This document shows, piece by piece, positions 25,481 to 38,255 of a DNA stretch of 64,000 nt. Under the pieces are notes generated by a model. It was not told the DNA's origin. It saw nothing but the letters and a program-made list of their open reading frames with translations, and did no database searches. Position 1 is the stretch's first letter; every line of letters begins with the position of its first letter. The DNA is from Squalus acanthias. Taxonomy: Eukaryota. Where the stretch lies: NCBI GenBank assembly GCA_030390025.1, contig CM059434.1:107322001-107386000 (forward strand). Reading direction: 5' to 3'. The position numbers and the translations under genes are program-made.

Positions 25481-26089
25481 GTGGTACCTCTCCAGTGGCA
25501 CCTCAAAGCACTGGAGAGGTACCACCAACGCTGCCTCCGCAAGATCCTGCAAATCCATTGGCAGGATAGGCGCACCAACGTCAGTGTTCTCGCTCAGGCC
25601 AACATCCCCAGCATCGAAGCTTTGACCACGCTCGATCAGCTCCGATGGACGGGTCACATTGTCCGCATGCCCGATACGAGACTCCCAAAACAAGCGCTCT
25701 ACTCGGAGCTCCGACACGGCAAGAGAGCCCCAGGTGGGCAGAGGAAATGCTTCAAGAACATCCTCAAAGCCTCCTTGAAAAAGTGTAACATCCCCACTGA
25801 CACCTGGGAATCCCTGGCCCAAGACCGCACAAAGTGGAGGAGAAGCATCCGGGAAGGCGCTGAACACCTCGAGTCTCTTCGTCGGGAGCAAGCGGAAGCC
25901 AAGCGCAGGCAGTGCAAGGAGCGCACGTCAACCCAAGCACCCCACCCCCCCGCCCCTTCAACCACCGTCTGCCCCACCTGAGACAGAGACTGTAGGTCCC
26001 GCATCGGACTCATCAGTCACCTGAGAACTCATTTTTAATGTGGAAGCAAGTCATCCTCGGTTCCGAGGGACTGCCTAAGAAGAGAAGAG
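25481..26089 (+). mobile_element. RTE-clade LINE, 5'-truncated
   Basis: ORF 25478..25981 YHQRCLRKILQIHWQD...LRWTGHIVRMPDTRLPKQ, C-terminal C-x2-(stop)...GLISHLRTH, (aagag)n tail. 10-bp TSD aggcagggtg at 25471-25480 and 26090-26099. Confidence 0.93.
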
Positions 26090-27880
26090 AGGCAGGGTGC
26101 AGATGAAACTTGGGAAAACAGGAATGAATTCAACGGCCTTCCCCTTTCTTGTAGAAGGATCAGCTATTGTATTGTACTATTCAAAGGAGAATTGCAGTGA
26201 ATTATGGAAGCAGTCTAGGGATAGAATGGATTGCGAGCACCTGCCACATCACAAGTCGTGACATTTATCGTATTTTATCTTATTCTTTTCCTGAGAGAGC
26301 AAATCATGCTGCGGTATAGTTCCACAGGCAGTGGCAGGAGTTCTTTATCTCAGTCAAGTGGCCATTCTTTATAAGCTTGGGGACTGAGTGCCATTTGGTC
26401 ATTCATCTTATTGCTGTTTGTGGGATCTTGCTGTGTGCAAAGTGGCTATCATGTTTGCTTACAAAACAAGACTCACTGAACTTCAAAGTAAATTCAGGAC
26501 ACATTTTGAGTTGCTGTAACAAAGCAAGCCTTTTTCCTTCACGGTGATCATCACAGCCAAGCTGAGCGTTGTCTTCGGTAACCATCCTTATGCAAAACAT
26601 CCAGCAGGGTGCTACTGGATAATGATGAGGAACAAGAGCCCGGGCTGCCTTTCCCTTCCATGCTAAGGACATTAAGGCCAATTACAGAACCCCCACCATC
26701 ACAGCAACTGAAATCAGTGCAGTAGAGACTTAGGATAGAACCCAAGACCATCCTGAGCACTCGGAACACACCACAACTATTGAAGATGGGGCAGTATGAT
26801 TTTTTTTTTAAGATTTACATTAGAACAGGAGAAAGCAATTTTCCCCATTGAAACTGTTGTGCCCTTTTGCTAGTCATGGCACATCTATCTGTTCAATCTT
26901 AGATTCCTGCCTTCTCTCCATTTCCCCTAATTGCCATTATCATTGAATGTCCTGGCCAATATTTATCCCTCAACCAACATCACTAAAACAGATTATCTGG
27001 TCATTTATCTCATTGCTGTTTGTGGGATCTTGCTGTACATAAATTGGCTGCCAGGTTTTCATTGTTGGTCTATAGATTCACATGCGAACATTGTATCCCA
27101 CCCTATTATAGTCACATACTCTCTCAAACCTTGACAAATTATCCTTTTTGCATCAGAAACCTTTGCTTGTGACCTTTTATTTCTCCCCTTCTAACCTCAT
27201 TATGACCCACACATTGTGTGTGCATTACTGCTGTACTGTCAGAATGGATTTACGATATTTAAAAAAAACTCTTAATGGATGTCACTTGAACCTGAGATAA
27301 ATATAGACAAGAAAATTAAGCTTGAAAATTATGCAATGTTGCCAAGCTGATTTTATTCATTTATAGCAAGAGGTGAAACCCATCACTATCTTGCAGTTTG
27401 TTTACAGAAGGAGTCTGAAAACATGCACATTCCAAACTCTTTTTGCTTCTGTGCGCAACTTGAACAGTTTGCATGCAGATTGGCATCTAGCTCAGTGATG
27501 GCCTCTTCAAAACTACGAGGACTAGTTACCCCCAGCTTATTGTGAGCTGCTAATTCTTGTGGTAACTTCAGAAAATCTATCCCAGATAAAGAATACAGAC
27601 CGCATTCTTGTGGTTGTGGTTTGACACCGATGAAACACTATTCAATAAATTTCCAATTTCAGCTAGTTAGGCACACAAGAAGGGAAGAACACTGGAAGGA
27701 CTGTTTCCACCTCACTTTGAATAGACAGTAACAGAGTGATGTTGACAGATTGATGGTTCCGTGCCTTATCTGAAGAACGATACATGCATAATGGGGAGTG
27801 CGGAAAAAATAAATTAAATAGAGAGAGATAAAAAGCAAAACACAAATACGCTGATGGGTGTATTTCTGTTTGGGTTGCAG

Positions 27881-27948
27881 TTGTTGGAATAAAGCTTGAT
27901 GTAAATGCCTGGATGGAAAACTTCACAAAAGTAGCAAGTAAGAGCAAG
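27881..27948 (+). CDS. CACNA2D1: alpha2delta-1 exon (V)VGIKLDVNAWMENFTKVASKSK
   Basis: ttgcag/gtaag, 68 nt, phase 1/0. Matches VVGIKIDVNSWIENFTK. Confidence 0.93.
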
Positions 27949-27972
27949 GTAAGAGCATGAAACTATCGATGT

Positions 27973-28542
27973 GACTATTCCAACACAATCCTGGCTGGCC
28001 TCCCACGTTCTACCCTACGTAAACTTGAGGTCATCCAAAACTCTGCTGCCTGTGTCCTAACTCGCACCAAGTCCCGTTCATCCATCACCCCTGTGCTCGC
28101 TGACCTACATTGACTCCCGGTTAAGCAGCGCCTTGATTTTAAAATTCTCAGCTTTGTTTTCAAATCCCTCCATGGCCTCGCCCCTCCCTATCTCTGTAAT
28201 CTCCTTCGGCCCCACAACCCCCCGAGATATCTGTGCTCCTCTAATTCTGCCCTCTTGAGCATCCCTGATTTTAATCACTCAACCATTGGTGGCTGTGCCT
28301 TCAGCTGCCTAGGCCCTAAGCTCTGGGATTCCCTCCTTAAACCTCTCTGCCTCTCTACCTCTCTTTCCTCCTTTAAGACGCTCTTTAAAACCTACCTCTT
28401 TGACCAAGCTTTTGGTCACCTGCCCTAATTTCTCCTTGTGTGGCTCGGTGTCAAATTTTTTGTCTTATAATACTCCTGTGAAGCACCTAGGGACATTTTA
28501 CTATGTTAAAGGCGCTATATAAATACAAGTTGTTGTTGTTGT
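27973..28542 (+). mobile_element. L2 LINE 3' fragment
   Basis: DYSNTILAGLP...LEVIQNSAA..LTRT...ITPVLADLH*LPVKQRLDFKIL; 3' UTR ending aaatacaagttgttgttg. Confidence 0.9.
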
Positions 28543-29504
28543 TAACTTGCAGAGGTAGTTTGTAGATTGTGGGTGCCGGTAGTTCATGGTTATCTTAATT
28601 TTAAAGTTTTTCAGAAGCAATAAACATAAATATTATTACAATCGAACATATTTTGGACAATCTGTTGACTCACACATACTGACATTTTTTTAGAACAGTT
28701 CTAATTGTCATACTCTTGACTTCAGTTCCAATTTCACCTTACCATTTCCCAAATCATATATTTAAGCCGTGAAATTCCTCAGGCTGGAGAGGGTTGAATG
28801 GTCAATTTCCACTCGGGGAAGTTGGAATGTGGGATAGAACCCGGTTAGACTGGGATTCCACACCATTTGTAACAGCATTTTAAATTCTAGCAGGGGGGCT
28901 GTTCTGCCTATGTTTAGGGGCAAGTCTGGGGGAGTTTCCAGGCTTCTCTGGGAAATTCTGCCCTTTATGTATTTAAAAGGCCTCAGCAGAACTTACATCA
29001 GCTGAGGGCTGGTGTGAGTCTCTTTGAGGCCTTCTGAAAGCCCCTAGCCTTCTCTAGAATAAGGGTAGTTCACCCTTGCATTAGGATTTTGGACAGAGTC
29101 TCTGGTTTGGGGCGAGGGCGAGCAGGGGTTTTCTTCCACTGCACATGCGCTGACTGAATGAACCCCTAGAAATTTCAGGGCCTTACTTTACTGTGGTCTT
29201 GCAATCGAGATGAAACTTCTCCAACTCACTCAAGCTGCAGCACTTAACTCATTCTCCTTCCTCCTTTCTCCAAAAAATACTCCCTTTTTCAAATACCCTG
29301 CTCAATCCCTTTATCTTTCTCTCTCCCTGCCCCCAACAAAACAATGCTATTCCCCCCTCCCACTCCCCGCCTACTGAAGTGCTGGTCTCTGTCCACCTTC
29401 ATTGAAACCCGACTCACTCTATCCCCACTGAAACCCCCTGCATCATCTCCCAAAGGTCCAAATATCAAATTAACAGCAGTTGGCAAATATGGCTTATGTG
29501 TCTT

Positions 29505-29820
29505 CACAGAATCCACAGAATCCCCACAGTGCAGATGGAGGCCATTTCGGCCCATCGAGCCTGCACCGACACATATCCCACCCTATCCCCGTAACCCCAC
29601 GTATTTAATCCCCCTAACACTAAGGGTCAATTTATGATAGCCAAATCAACCTAACCCGCACATCTTTGGACTGTGGGAGGAAACCGGAGCACCCGGAGGA
29701 AACCCACGCAGACACAGGGAGAATGTGCAAACTCCACACAGACAGTCACCCGAGGCCGGATTCGAACCCGGGTCTCTGGCGCTGTGAGGCAACAGTGCTA
29801 ACCACTATGCCACCGTGTTG
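29505..29820 (-). mobile_element. tRNA-derived V-SINE (HE1-like)
   Basis: Reverse strand reads cacggtggcatagtggttagcact...gggttcgaatcc (A/B boxes), V-domain tgtgtggagtttgcacattctcc...gggtttcctccgggtgctccggtttcctccca, and a CR1-like tail. Confidence 0.9.
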
Positions 29821-29877
29821 TCTTAATTTTAAATTGCAAAGACTTTTCTAATGTACTAATCACATGTTTTGTTGTAG

Positions 29878-29916
29878 TGTTACGGAGGGATCTGTGACTG
29901 CACAAAGAATAGCAAG
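29878..29916 (+). CDS. CACNA2D1: alpha2delta-1 small exon CYGGICDCTKNSK
   Basis: ttgtag/gtaag, 39 nt, phase 0/0. Matches CAGPVCDCKRNSD. Confidence 0.92.
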
Positions 29917-29997
29917 GTAAGACCGAGCTCACCTTTAGCGCACCTGTGTTGTTAGATCAAAAGTAGACAAATTTAACTTTTCTTTGTCAACATGAGA

Positions 29998-30926
29998 GTT
30001 CTCCAGTGGAGGGTTTAGTTTTCCCGTGAAGTGTTTAGTTTTCCAGTGGAGGGTTTAGTTCTCCAGTGGAGGTTTTAGTTAGTTTTCCAGAGAAGGGTAC
30101 AGTTCTCCAGTGGGATAGTTTCGTTTTCCAGTGGAGGGTTTAGTTTTCCAGTGGAGGGTTTAGTTGGTTCTCCAGTGGAGGGTTCAGTTGGTTCTCCAGG
30201 GAGGGTTCAGTTCCCCAGTGGATGGTTCAGTTCTCCAGTGGATGGTTTAGTTCTCCAGTGGATGGTTCAGTTGGTTCTCCAGTGGAGGGTTTAGTTGGTT
30301 CTCCAGTGGAGGGTTTAGTTGGTTCTCCAGTGGAGGGTTTAGTTGGTTCTCCAGTGGAGGGTTTAGTTGGTTCTCCAGTGGAGGGTTTAGTTGGTTCTCC
30401 AGTGGAGGGTTTAGTTGGTTCTCCAGTGAGGTTTCAGTTGGTTCTCCAGTGGAGGGTTTAGTTGGTTCTCCAGTGGAGGGTTTAGTTGGTTCTCCAGTGG
30501 AGGGTTTAGTTGGTTCTCCAGTGGAGGGTTTCGTTGGTTCTCCAGTGGTGGGTTCAGTTCTCCAGTGGAGGGTTTAGTTGGTTCTCCAGTGGTGGGTTCA
30601 GTTCTCCAGTGGAGGGTTTAGTTGGTTCTCCAGTGGTGGGTTCAGTTCTCCAGTGGATGGTTCAGTTGGTTCTCCAGTGGAGGGTTTAGTTGGTTCTCCA
30701 GTGGTGGGTTCAGTTCTCCAGTGGAGGGTTTAGTTGGTTCTCCAGTGGAGGGTTTAGTTGGTTCTCCAGTGGAGGGTTTAGTTGGTTCTCCAGTGGTGGG
30801 TTCAGTTCTCCAGTGGAGGGTTTAGTTGGTTCTCCAGTGGAGGGTTTAGTTGGTTCTCCAGTGAGGTTTCAGTTGGTTCTCCAGTGGAGGGTTCAGTTCT
30901 CCAGTGGAGGGTTCAGGTCTCCAGGG
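29998..30926. repeat. minisatellite, 24-bp unit gttctccagtggagggtttagttg with 20-bp variants
   Basis: About 40 units, most homogeneous at 30270-30900. Source of the spurious VGSPVEGL and FSSGGFSW ORFs. Confidence 0.97.
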
Positions 30927-31999
30927 TTTGAGAGCAGGTTGTTCCCTGGCAAATCTGTGGAGTAAATTTGCCTTTCCCTCTTGCGAGCTAAATTTTAATA
31001 TGTACAAGTTTCAATCCTAGTTTCAGAAAGTAAAATAAATTAATCCCAGCTGTTGTTTTCCTGGAGAAGTTAAAGAATTACTGTCAGTGGTAGTCAGGCA
31101 TTTAGCATTTGTAAAGTAAGTAGTGCTGACAGACTGTTAATGGTGGCATGCCCAACCTAGTGGTAAAGCATAGAGCAGAATCATTTTAATAAAGTCAGGA
31201 ATAGCTTTGATTTGACAAGCATGCACGGGCAATAAAAGTTCCAGGAGCTGTGCCAAAGGCAGCTTTGAGTTAATCCAAAATCCATTTCGGCCTGATTGGA
31301 AAACCAGAAATGGAGGCTATTTCGCACCTGACTTACATATGAGTAAATTTTGTGAGCTTCATTCAAGAGGAGCATGGATCAGGGTTCTGACCCCGATGTC
31401 AGTGCGCCTGATTTGTGGCGTTCATTTTCCGATTAATTTTAATAACTGGAAAATTGTGAACGTCGTGAATTGGATGCACTGAAGCTCATGCCCAATTCTC
31501 GCAGAATTTACCTGACAATAATGCCTATTAATATTCCTGTCAGCACATCAGAAATTGTTTCGCTATGTACATTTTGAATATGAAACTCGTAAACTTCATT
31601 TGAGTTTTGTAGTTTCATTGTTATATATGTCAGCACATGAACTTTGGTAAGCATAAACTTGTAATAGAATTTGTTGATTAATTATAATTATGAAAGAGAA
31701 AAAAATCTTTCCTCATTTGGATTAGACTTTTTACTGAGCTGGATAACGGATAAAATATTCGCTTGAGATTAATGCCAAATGAAACCATTTGGACAATCTC
31801 AGCCTAGTGAGTGTGAGTCCACAGTGCAAATTTCATTCAAGCTACTGACTCCGACTGTTGTGCAGTAACTGGGAGGGCCATAAGTGAAGTACAGAAATTA
31901 GCCTTAAAAAAAACTGTATCCGAGTCCAAAAAGTTGCATAAGTGCATGTTTGTGCAGTTCAGATTGTATTAGTCACTTTTGCTGATGTTTTCTCTGCAG

Positions 32000-32071
32000 C
32001 ACTTTGACTGTGTTATATTGGATGATGGTGGGTTCCTGCTCATGTCAAACCAGGATGATTATATTGGAAAG
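32000..32071 (+). CDS. CACNA2D1: alpha2delta-1 exon HFDCVILDDGGFLLMSNQDDYIGK
   Basis: ctgcag/gtaaa, 72 nt, phase 0/0. Matches DCVILDDGGFLLMANHDDY. Confidence 0.95.
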
Positions 32072-32629
32072 GTAAATTCCCTTCTGTCCCTCGGCCTTGA
32101 TCGATTTTAATCCTTCGAGTTATTCCATCTCTGCATTATGTTAAAGATGATGAACATGTTTTCTCCACACATTTACAGGCATGTTTTCTGAAGTAATAAT
32201 ATTGATTTTGTTCAGGACAAACATTGGCAATAATCTTAAAGTCAGGGAAGAATAGGCGACCCAGTGGGTTTGCACATTGTCCTTACACCTCTGGGATCTG
32301 GGTTTGAATTCATCCCAGACGATAGTCTACAGCACAAAACCGGTCCTTGTTCAACACTAATTGGCACTAAATTAGCAATATTATGAGAGACTACAGGTAT
32401 GGTTAGTGTGGAAAATGGATATCTCTCTCTGGTATAGTAGGGGCTGCTCGCCTGAGATTCAGGAGAGATAGGAACCATTGCATCGATCCAATGTAATAGC
32501 TGACCGAGTAGTGCTGGATGCTGAGACTGGATGCAATCAGTAGAAAAGTGGTCAATTCCTCAACACTGATAGCTCCTGCCTTACACACAATTAACAAAAA
32601 AGGAAAAAGTAACAAAGTTTCTTTGGTCA

Positions 32630-33835
32630 AAACAGGCTTCCTGATCGGTTGATCAGGCGCTCAGTGTCTGGCCTGCCTGTCACTCGGGTGCGAAAATCCA
32701 GGTTAATTTTGGCAGCTTACAAGATTGAGGGAAGGAAAACCTTCTTTAAAAAAAAATACTCCTTCTGTCAGTTGATCACGGAGAAGCTGATAACATGTGG
32801 AGACGTCTGCGAATGCCGTGCCCAGCCCTGCAGCATGAGTGCGCAGAAGTTAGATGTCCCTCCTCCCAGATTAAATTTTTTGCCAACCCCTCCTCCTGAA
32901 AAAATGTTGGGGACGATTTTCACGTCGAGCGTGCATCGAGCAGGGGGTGTGCGCAGCAATCGTACCGCCAGCCTGAGGTAAATGACAGGGAGGGACGATC
33001 GCTTTTGATGATCCGAGCCACATTTAAATCAAACCGGAGAACTGCCAGTGCTGAATGACTGTTGCTGACAGGCAGCTCACCAATCGGGGGCGGTAAATCT
33101 GGCAGGTCCACCTCAGAACTGCGCTGGCAAAGGCTATAAGAAGGGGGGGGGGACATGTGATAGTAGGAGGGTGGGGGGATAGTGCCACAGAGGGACCGGC
33201 AGCTGGTAGGTCGATTTTTGTGGAGCCAGGAAGAATATTCCTGCTCTTCCTGGCCCAACAGAAACTGGTAAAAAGAAACCTAACCATCACATTTTCCGAG
33301 CAGCCTCCAGCCATCCCTTTAAGGGCGGGCCGCTGGTTTGGCTGCTCTACATTCAGCTCCACTGGGTGGGGCACTCACTGCGGAAGGTCAAAATTTAATT
33401 GGGGTCCTAAATCCAGAGTAGGAATTAAACCCTACTCACCTGGCGAAGACCGGGTGGGTGGGCAGTTATAATTGCCCAGGTTACTCACTTGCTCGTAAGC
33501 CGCCAGGATCCCAGTGTCCGGGATATTAACCCGCTGTCCAGGGCAGGCAGCAAGGATACCCGCACACAGTCAACGGGGTCCTCCGCTACTATGCATATCA
33601 GGTCCCGATGACGACATTTTAACTGAGGCACCACAGGTTTCCCACCAAATGAAGGCCAGTCAGGACTTGCCAGGAAGATGAAGCGGCCAGCATGCTCTTC
33701 TGGGCCCCACAAGTCAAGCTTAGACCCTCCTCTTCTCAAATACCAGAATCCCACAAGATGCCCCCGGAACCCGATCCCGCTGCCTACATTGTGTTCACCT
33801 GCCCAAAACTTGTCCCGAGTTAAAATTGGGACCCT
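32630..33835. mobile_element. GC-rich Harbinger-type non-autonomous element(s), boundaries uncertain
   Basis: Ends with gttaaaattgggaccc, similar to other right TIRs; shares interior motifs with 20327-20967 (ctcctggccca, atttaaat). Confidence 0.45.
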
Positions 33836-34272
33836 GGTCTGATTGACCCTCTGAAGTGCTCGATTCGAGGTAGAGTTGGTCGGCGGGGTTACTTTTAAAG
33901 TGCAGTCACTGTGACCTTGTAGGCAAACACAGCACCCAGTTTGTGCTGTTATTAATTTTTTATGGAGTTTCCTTGGAAGCCATTTCAAAGCAATATTTTG
34001 TAGTGTTTATGGTGGGTGTGTTGATCTGTATCTATCAATTACATCGATCATTTGTGTAAAATAATTGATGTCTGACTTGCATGTCAGGACTTTCCTCGAG
34101 GCTTCTCCCGACCGGTCGCCACAACTTTGGAAAACCCACTTAGGCGGTTTATCCGGGGTTTCCGACACATTTATGGCAGCCGATCAGGAGAACTCCTGAG
34201 GAAATTCCTGGCGGTAGACTCTGGCATGAGCTGTAGGTCGAACTGTTATGCCAATTCCCATTGCCATTTCAG

Positions 34273-34425
34273 ATTGGCAAGTTCTTCGGTGAGATTGACC
34301 CAAGTCTGATGAGACGCCTTCTGAACACCTCGCTATACGCCTTTAACAAATCCTATGATTTCCAGTCTGTGTGTGATCCAGAAAGTGAGACAAAAGCAGC
34401 AGCTGGGCTTCGCTCGGTCTACGTT
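34273..34425 (+). CDS. CACNA2D1: alpha2delta-1 exon [51 protein letters not shown]
   Basis: tttcag/gtaagt, 153 nt, phase 0/0; ORF 34261..34464. Matches [34 protein letters not shown], and fits CACNA2D1 better than the CACNA2D2 paralog. Confidence 0.97.
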
Positions 34426-34811
34426 GTAAGTGAATTAAAGTTATTGATATCAATTACAATGTAACCTCACTTCTAAGACGATGCCTGCATATGGTCGGAG
34501 AATTGCAAACTGGAACAGATTTAATTTCACATCACTGGAGGCACAGACATACATGTTTTCTTTAGCTTACAGAATTTTACGTACAAGGAGATTGTTCTCA
34601 AATTTGCATTTCATTTAAGAAACTCAATATGTGTTATTGACATTGTAATGAGAAATAGTTGAAGACTGCAGACTTTCTTACTATATGTCACTAAGCACAG
34701 CGTGCCCCATCAAAATGTAATTGTGGTCTTCCATATGGTGCAGTGTTGCCTTCTGTCAGGAGCTTTCCAAACCCCACCAGTCCCAGCTCCTAGATTTGCA
34801 TGTTCTGACAC

Positions 34812-35160
34812 CAGAGGTGAATTCCAGAGGTGAGATGAGAGTGACTGCCCTTGACATTAAAGCGGTATTCGAGCGAGTGTGGCACCAAGGAGTCCTCGTC
34901 AAACTGAAGTCAATGGTGATCGGGGGGAAGCTCTCCAGTGGCTGGATTCATACCTGCGACAAAGGAAGGTGGTTGTGGTTGTTGGAGGCCAATCATCTCT
35001 GCCCCAGGACGTCGCTGCACAAGTTCCTCAGGGGAGTGCCCTAGGCCCTATAACTACCTTCAGCTGCTTCATCAATGACCTTCCCTCCATCATAAGGTCA
35101 GAAGTGGGGCTGTTCTCTGATGATTGCACAGTGTTCAGCTCCATTTGCAATTTCTCAGAT
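34812..35160 (+). mobile_element. CR1-group LINE RT fragment (family of 7993-8917)
   Basis: ALDIKAVFERVWHQG, VPQGSALGP, INDLPSIIRSEVGLFSDDCTVF. Confidence 0.9.
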
Positions 35161-35861
35161 AGGACAAAGCAGTCCACTTGATCAGCACTCCCGCTGTAGA
35201 TAGTCCCTCCCCTCAGCTCCAACCCCTCCCAACATTGAGGGGGAAACTATGTTTGAACGAACAGAGGTTCAGCCCTAGACAAAGTTACGTGTTATTTTCA
35301 TTACAATATCATATGCGTGATTGCAGTGTCATATGTGAGTGATGCAGCAATGCTTTTGTGAAGCAGTAATGCTTTTTAGTGAACTTTAAAAAAAAGTAAC
35401 AGGAGTTGCTTCAATCTCTGGGTGTGAACACACTTCCATGTAATTTTTAAGTGTGGGGGATCTTGAATTGATTTCAATTGCCTTGTTCATCCCTAAACAT
35501 TACAGACTGAATGAGAATGCCCTGTAAATACCTGCGAACAAAAAAGAAACTAAATGACAGAGGGAGCATTGTTGTCCTGCCAAGTATTATCCCCATTCAC
35601 CCAGAATCATAGTTATCAGTTAATATATATTCATTCACTAGTTCTATCTGAAGAGAGTGTTCTCAGCCAGCTCATCACCACCCTCCCCCCGCCCCCATTT
35701 TACAAATCTTGAACTGCATTGGAAAACTTGGCAATTTGAATGATGTATTCCTGAATTATCTTATATGAATATAAACATTTAAAATCATGGTTAGTTAGAA
35801 ACTGCTTACTGAATTCAATAATCTCCTCAATTAATAATGCTGTTTCTTAAATCATTTTTAG

Positions 35862-35914
35862 CCCAGCATAGTCGATATTTTGAATATAGGTTGGTGGGCG
35901 TCAGCTGTGGCATG
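35862..35914 (+). CDS. CACNA2D1: alpha2delta-1 exon PSIVDILNIGWWASAVA(W)
   Basis: ttttag/gtaagt, 53 nt, phase 0/2. Matches PSVADILQIGWWATAAAW. Confidence 0.95.
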
Positions 35915-37475
35915 GTAAGTGAAAATGGTTTACTTCCTCTTCCATTATCAGCCTTAACTTCACTTAGTTAAGCAAGTGACAAAAATACACCAGTTTTGAA
36001 GGCAGCAGGGGGTCGAACACATCGATAGAGCAGCCATTAGACTGGATTAAATATGTAAAGCTTTCGGCTTTGGGCATGCGGTCTGACCATAGAATAAATT
36101 CAGATAGACATTCAGGGATAACTTTGCCCAACTTTAATCTTGTACGTAGAGCATTTAACTTTGTTAATGGTGCTCCGACATTCTTACAGCACCTGTATCC
36201 TCCACCTACACATGCTTGGGAGAGGAGCAGCTGGAAGTCCAGCTACTCGCCCAGTGTTCATTTTGAGAGTGCGTTACTCCCCCAACCTGGGTAGCAGTGA
36301 TTCATCAGATGGGTTCAGTGCCTGTTTGAATTTGTCGCTCTGCTTCTGTTCCTGTGTATTTTTTACTGTGTGGCTTGGTTTCAGCTGCTTAAATTTGGTG
36401 TGGCCAGTGGTTTGGAAAGGCCTGTTCTCAGCGCTGCTTCCTCATTGCTTGAGTTTGGATTTATGGACTAACGAGTGAGCAGCTCTTATAAAAGAGTTTT
36501 CCGAATTCAAACAGGCCCGCCCAGCAGCACGTAAATATTACTGGAAGTACAGAGTGACCGTCAAGAGAGTGAGTGAGTCCCCCTCCCTCTGCTGACCTTC
36601 ATACACTGGATGCTGGAGCCGGACCGGTGGCCTTGCATCCAGCGTTTGAAGAGTGCAAATGGCAGGGTGCACAGCTGAGGCCGTGGATCCTTCATTTGCA
36701 TGAGGTTCACCTACACCCGCCGATATGTGGGCGGGCTTGTTGTTTCCTGGAAAACAGCGGGGAGAAGGGGACGCAACCGAACTGCAGCTTTCCACCTCAA
36801 GCTGCGCCAGACCAGTGAAGAAGTAGGAGGCAGAAAGCCTCGGCCAGAATGCCAGCCTGGGTCGGGCAGTGGAGTTGTAAACCTTACACAGACGACGTTC
36901 TTGTTTTTCTATACTCCGCGCGGATGAGCCAAATGGCCTTCCTCATCCGTGTCGATCTTGTAGCTGTTATACCAGCTACTACCTTCCTCTATGGTCAGAC
37001 AGCTGGGGAGAGGCAGGTCATTGGGATCAGGACGTGCGGGTGGGCAGAGTTTTTTTATGACGGCTCCAGCTGTGAGGCAGTTTCGATATAAAGCTTATAT
37101 ATTAGTGGAAAATGTCACAGTAGCACAAATTAGCTTGCTCACAGGAATGAGCAATATGAATAAATTGTTTCACAAGAGAGTTTAAATTCAATCAAATCTA
37201 ATTGTTGAAAGAAAAATAAATGGTTTAATATAGCTGCCATTAATCATTCTTTTAAAATGTAGTTTGTTTTCAGTATTCTTATTTAGGAACTGCTTAAATA
37301 TTTCATTATTTACTAAGTTCTGCATTCAACTTTCAACCAACAGGGCTAGATATTCACCTTCACCACCTGGCCGGGAATTTGGCGACACAGGCCACAGGCC
37401 CTTTAGAGCCCCGGCCTGATTTTCATTCCACGGTGGAATGAGCATCTGGCGGGTTCTATAAAGGACAGGTCTTAT

Positions 37476-37929
37476 GAGGGTTGTCTTATGAGGAAAGGTT
37501 GGACAGGCTAGGCTTGTATCTGCTGGAGTTTAGAAGAGTACGAGGTGACTTGATTGAAACATATAAGATCCTGAGGGGTCTGGACAGGGTGGATGTGGAG
37601 AGGATGTTTCCTCTTGTGGGAGAATCTAGAACTAGGGGTCACTGTTTAAAAATAAGGGGTTGCCCATTTAAGACAGATGAGGAGAAATTTTTTCTCACAG
37701 AGGGTCGTGAGTCTTTGGAACTCTCTTCCTTGGAGGGCGGTGGAAGCAGAGTCTTTGAATATTTTTGAGACAGAGGTAGATAGATTCTTGATAAGCAAGG
37801 GGGTGAAAGGTTATCGGGGGTAGGCGGGAATGTGGAGTAATCAGATCAGCCATGATCTTATTGAATGGCGGAGCAGGCTCGAGGGGCCGAGTGGCCTACT
37901 CCTGCTCCTAATTCGTATGTTCGTATGTG
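37476..37929 (+). mobile_element. CR1 LINE 3' fragment
   Basis: ORF 37481..37768 SYEERLDRLGLY.LEFRRVRGDLIETYKIL; (ttcgtatg)n tail. Confidence 0.93.
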
Positions 37930-38033
37930 ATTCACCAAGCCAATTCCCACCCAGACAGTGAAGGGGAAAATCTACCGTAGTTCTTGTCCCCAGTGTTCGA
38001 ACATTCACTCTTTATCTCTTCATTGATGTCCAG

Positions 38034-38089
38034 GTCCTTACTGCAGCAGGTGTTCCTCAGCCTTACCTTCCCACATTTTCTTGAAGCAG
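38034..38089 (+). CDS. CACNA2D1: alpha2delta-1 exon SLLQQVFLSLTFPHFLEA (end of alpha2 moiety)
   Basis: tccag/gtaca, 56 nt, phase 2/1. Matches SILQQFLLSLTFPRLLEA. Confidence 0.94.
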
Positions 38090-38255
38090 GTACATGAAGA
38101 TTTGTTTGGTGAAAGCTGTTGTTTCTAACATGCCTTTACGTAGATTCTATTGTAAATGAAAAAACATCAGAGGAGAAATGAATTACGGTGCATTCGCACG
38201 ACGGCCACGATTTTCCACTTCGATAGAACCACTGCACATTTTGGTCAGGTGAGAG

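Noticed and set aside
29740-29820. tRNA gene on the minus strand
   Set aside because: The A/B boxes are the head of a V-SINE that continues into the V-domain and a LINE-like tail.
30222-30965. Repetitive ORFs (VGSPVEGL)n and (FSSGGFSW)n; superficial CRISPR-like periodicity
   Set aside because: Translations of a 24-bp minisatellite. There are no unique spacers and the context is a eukaryotic intron.
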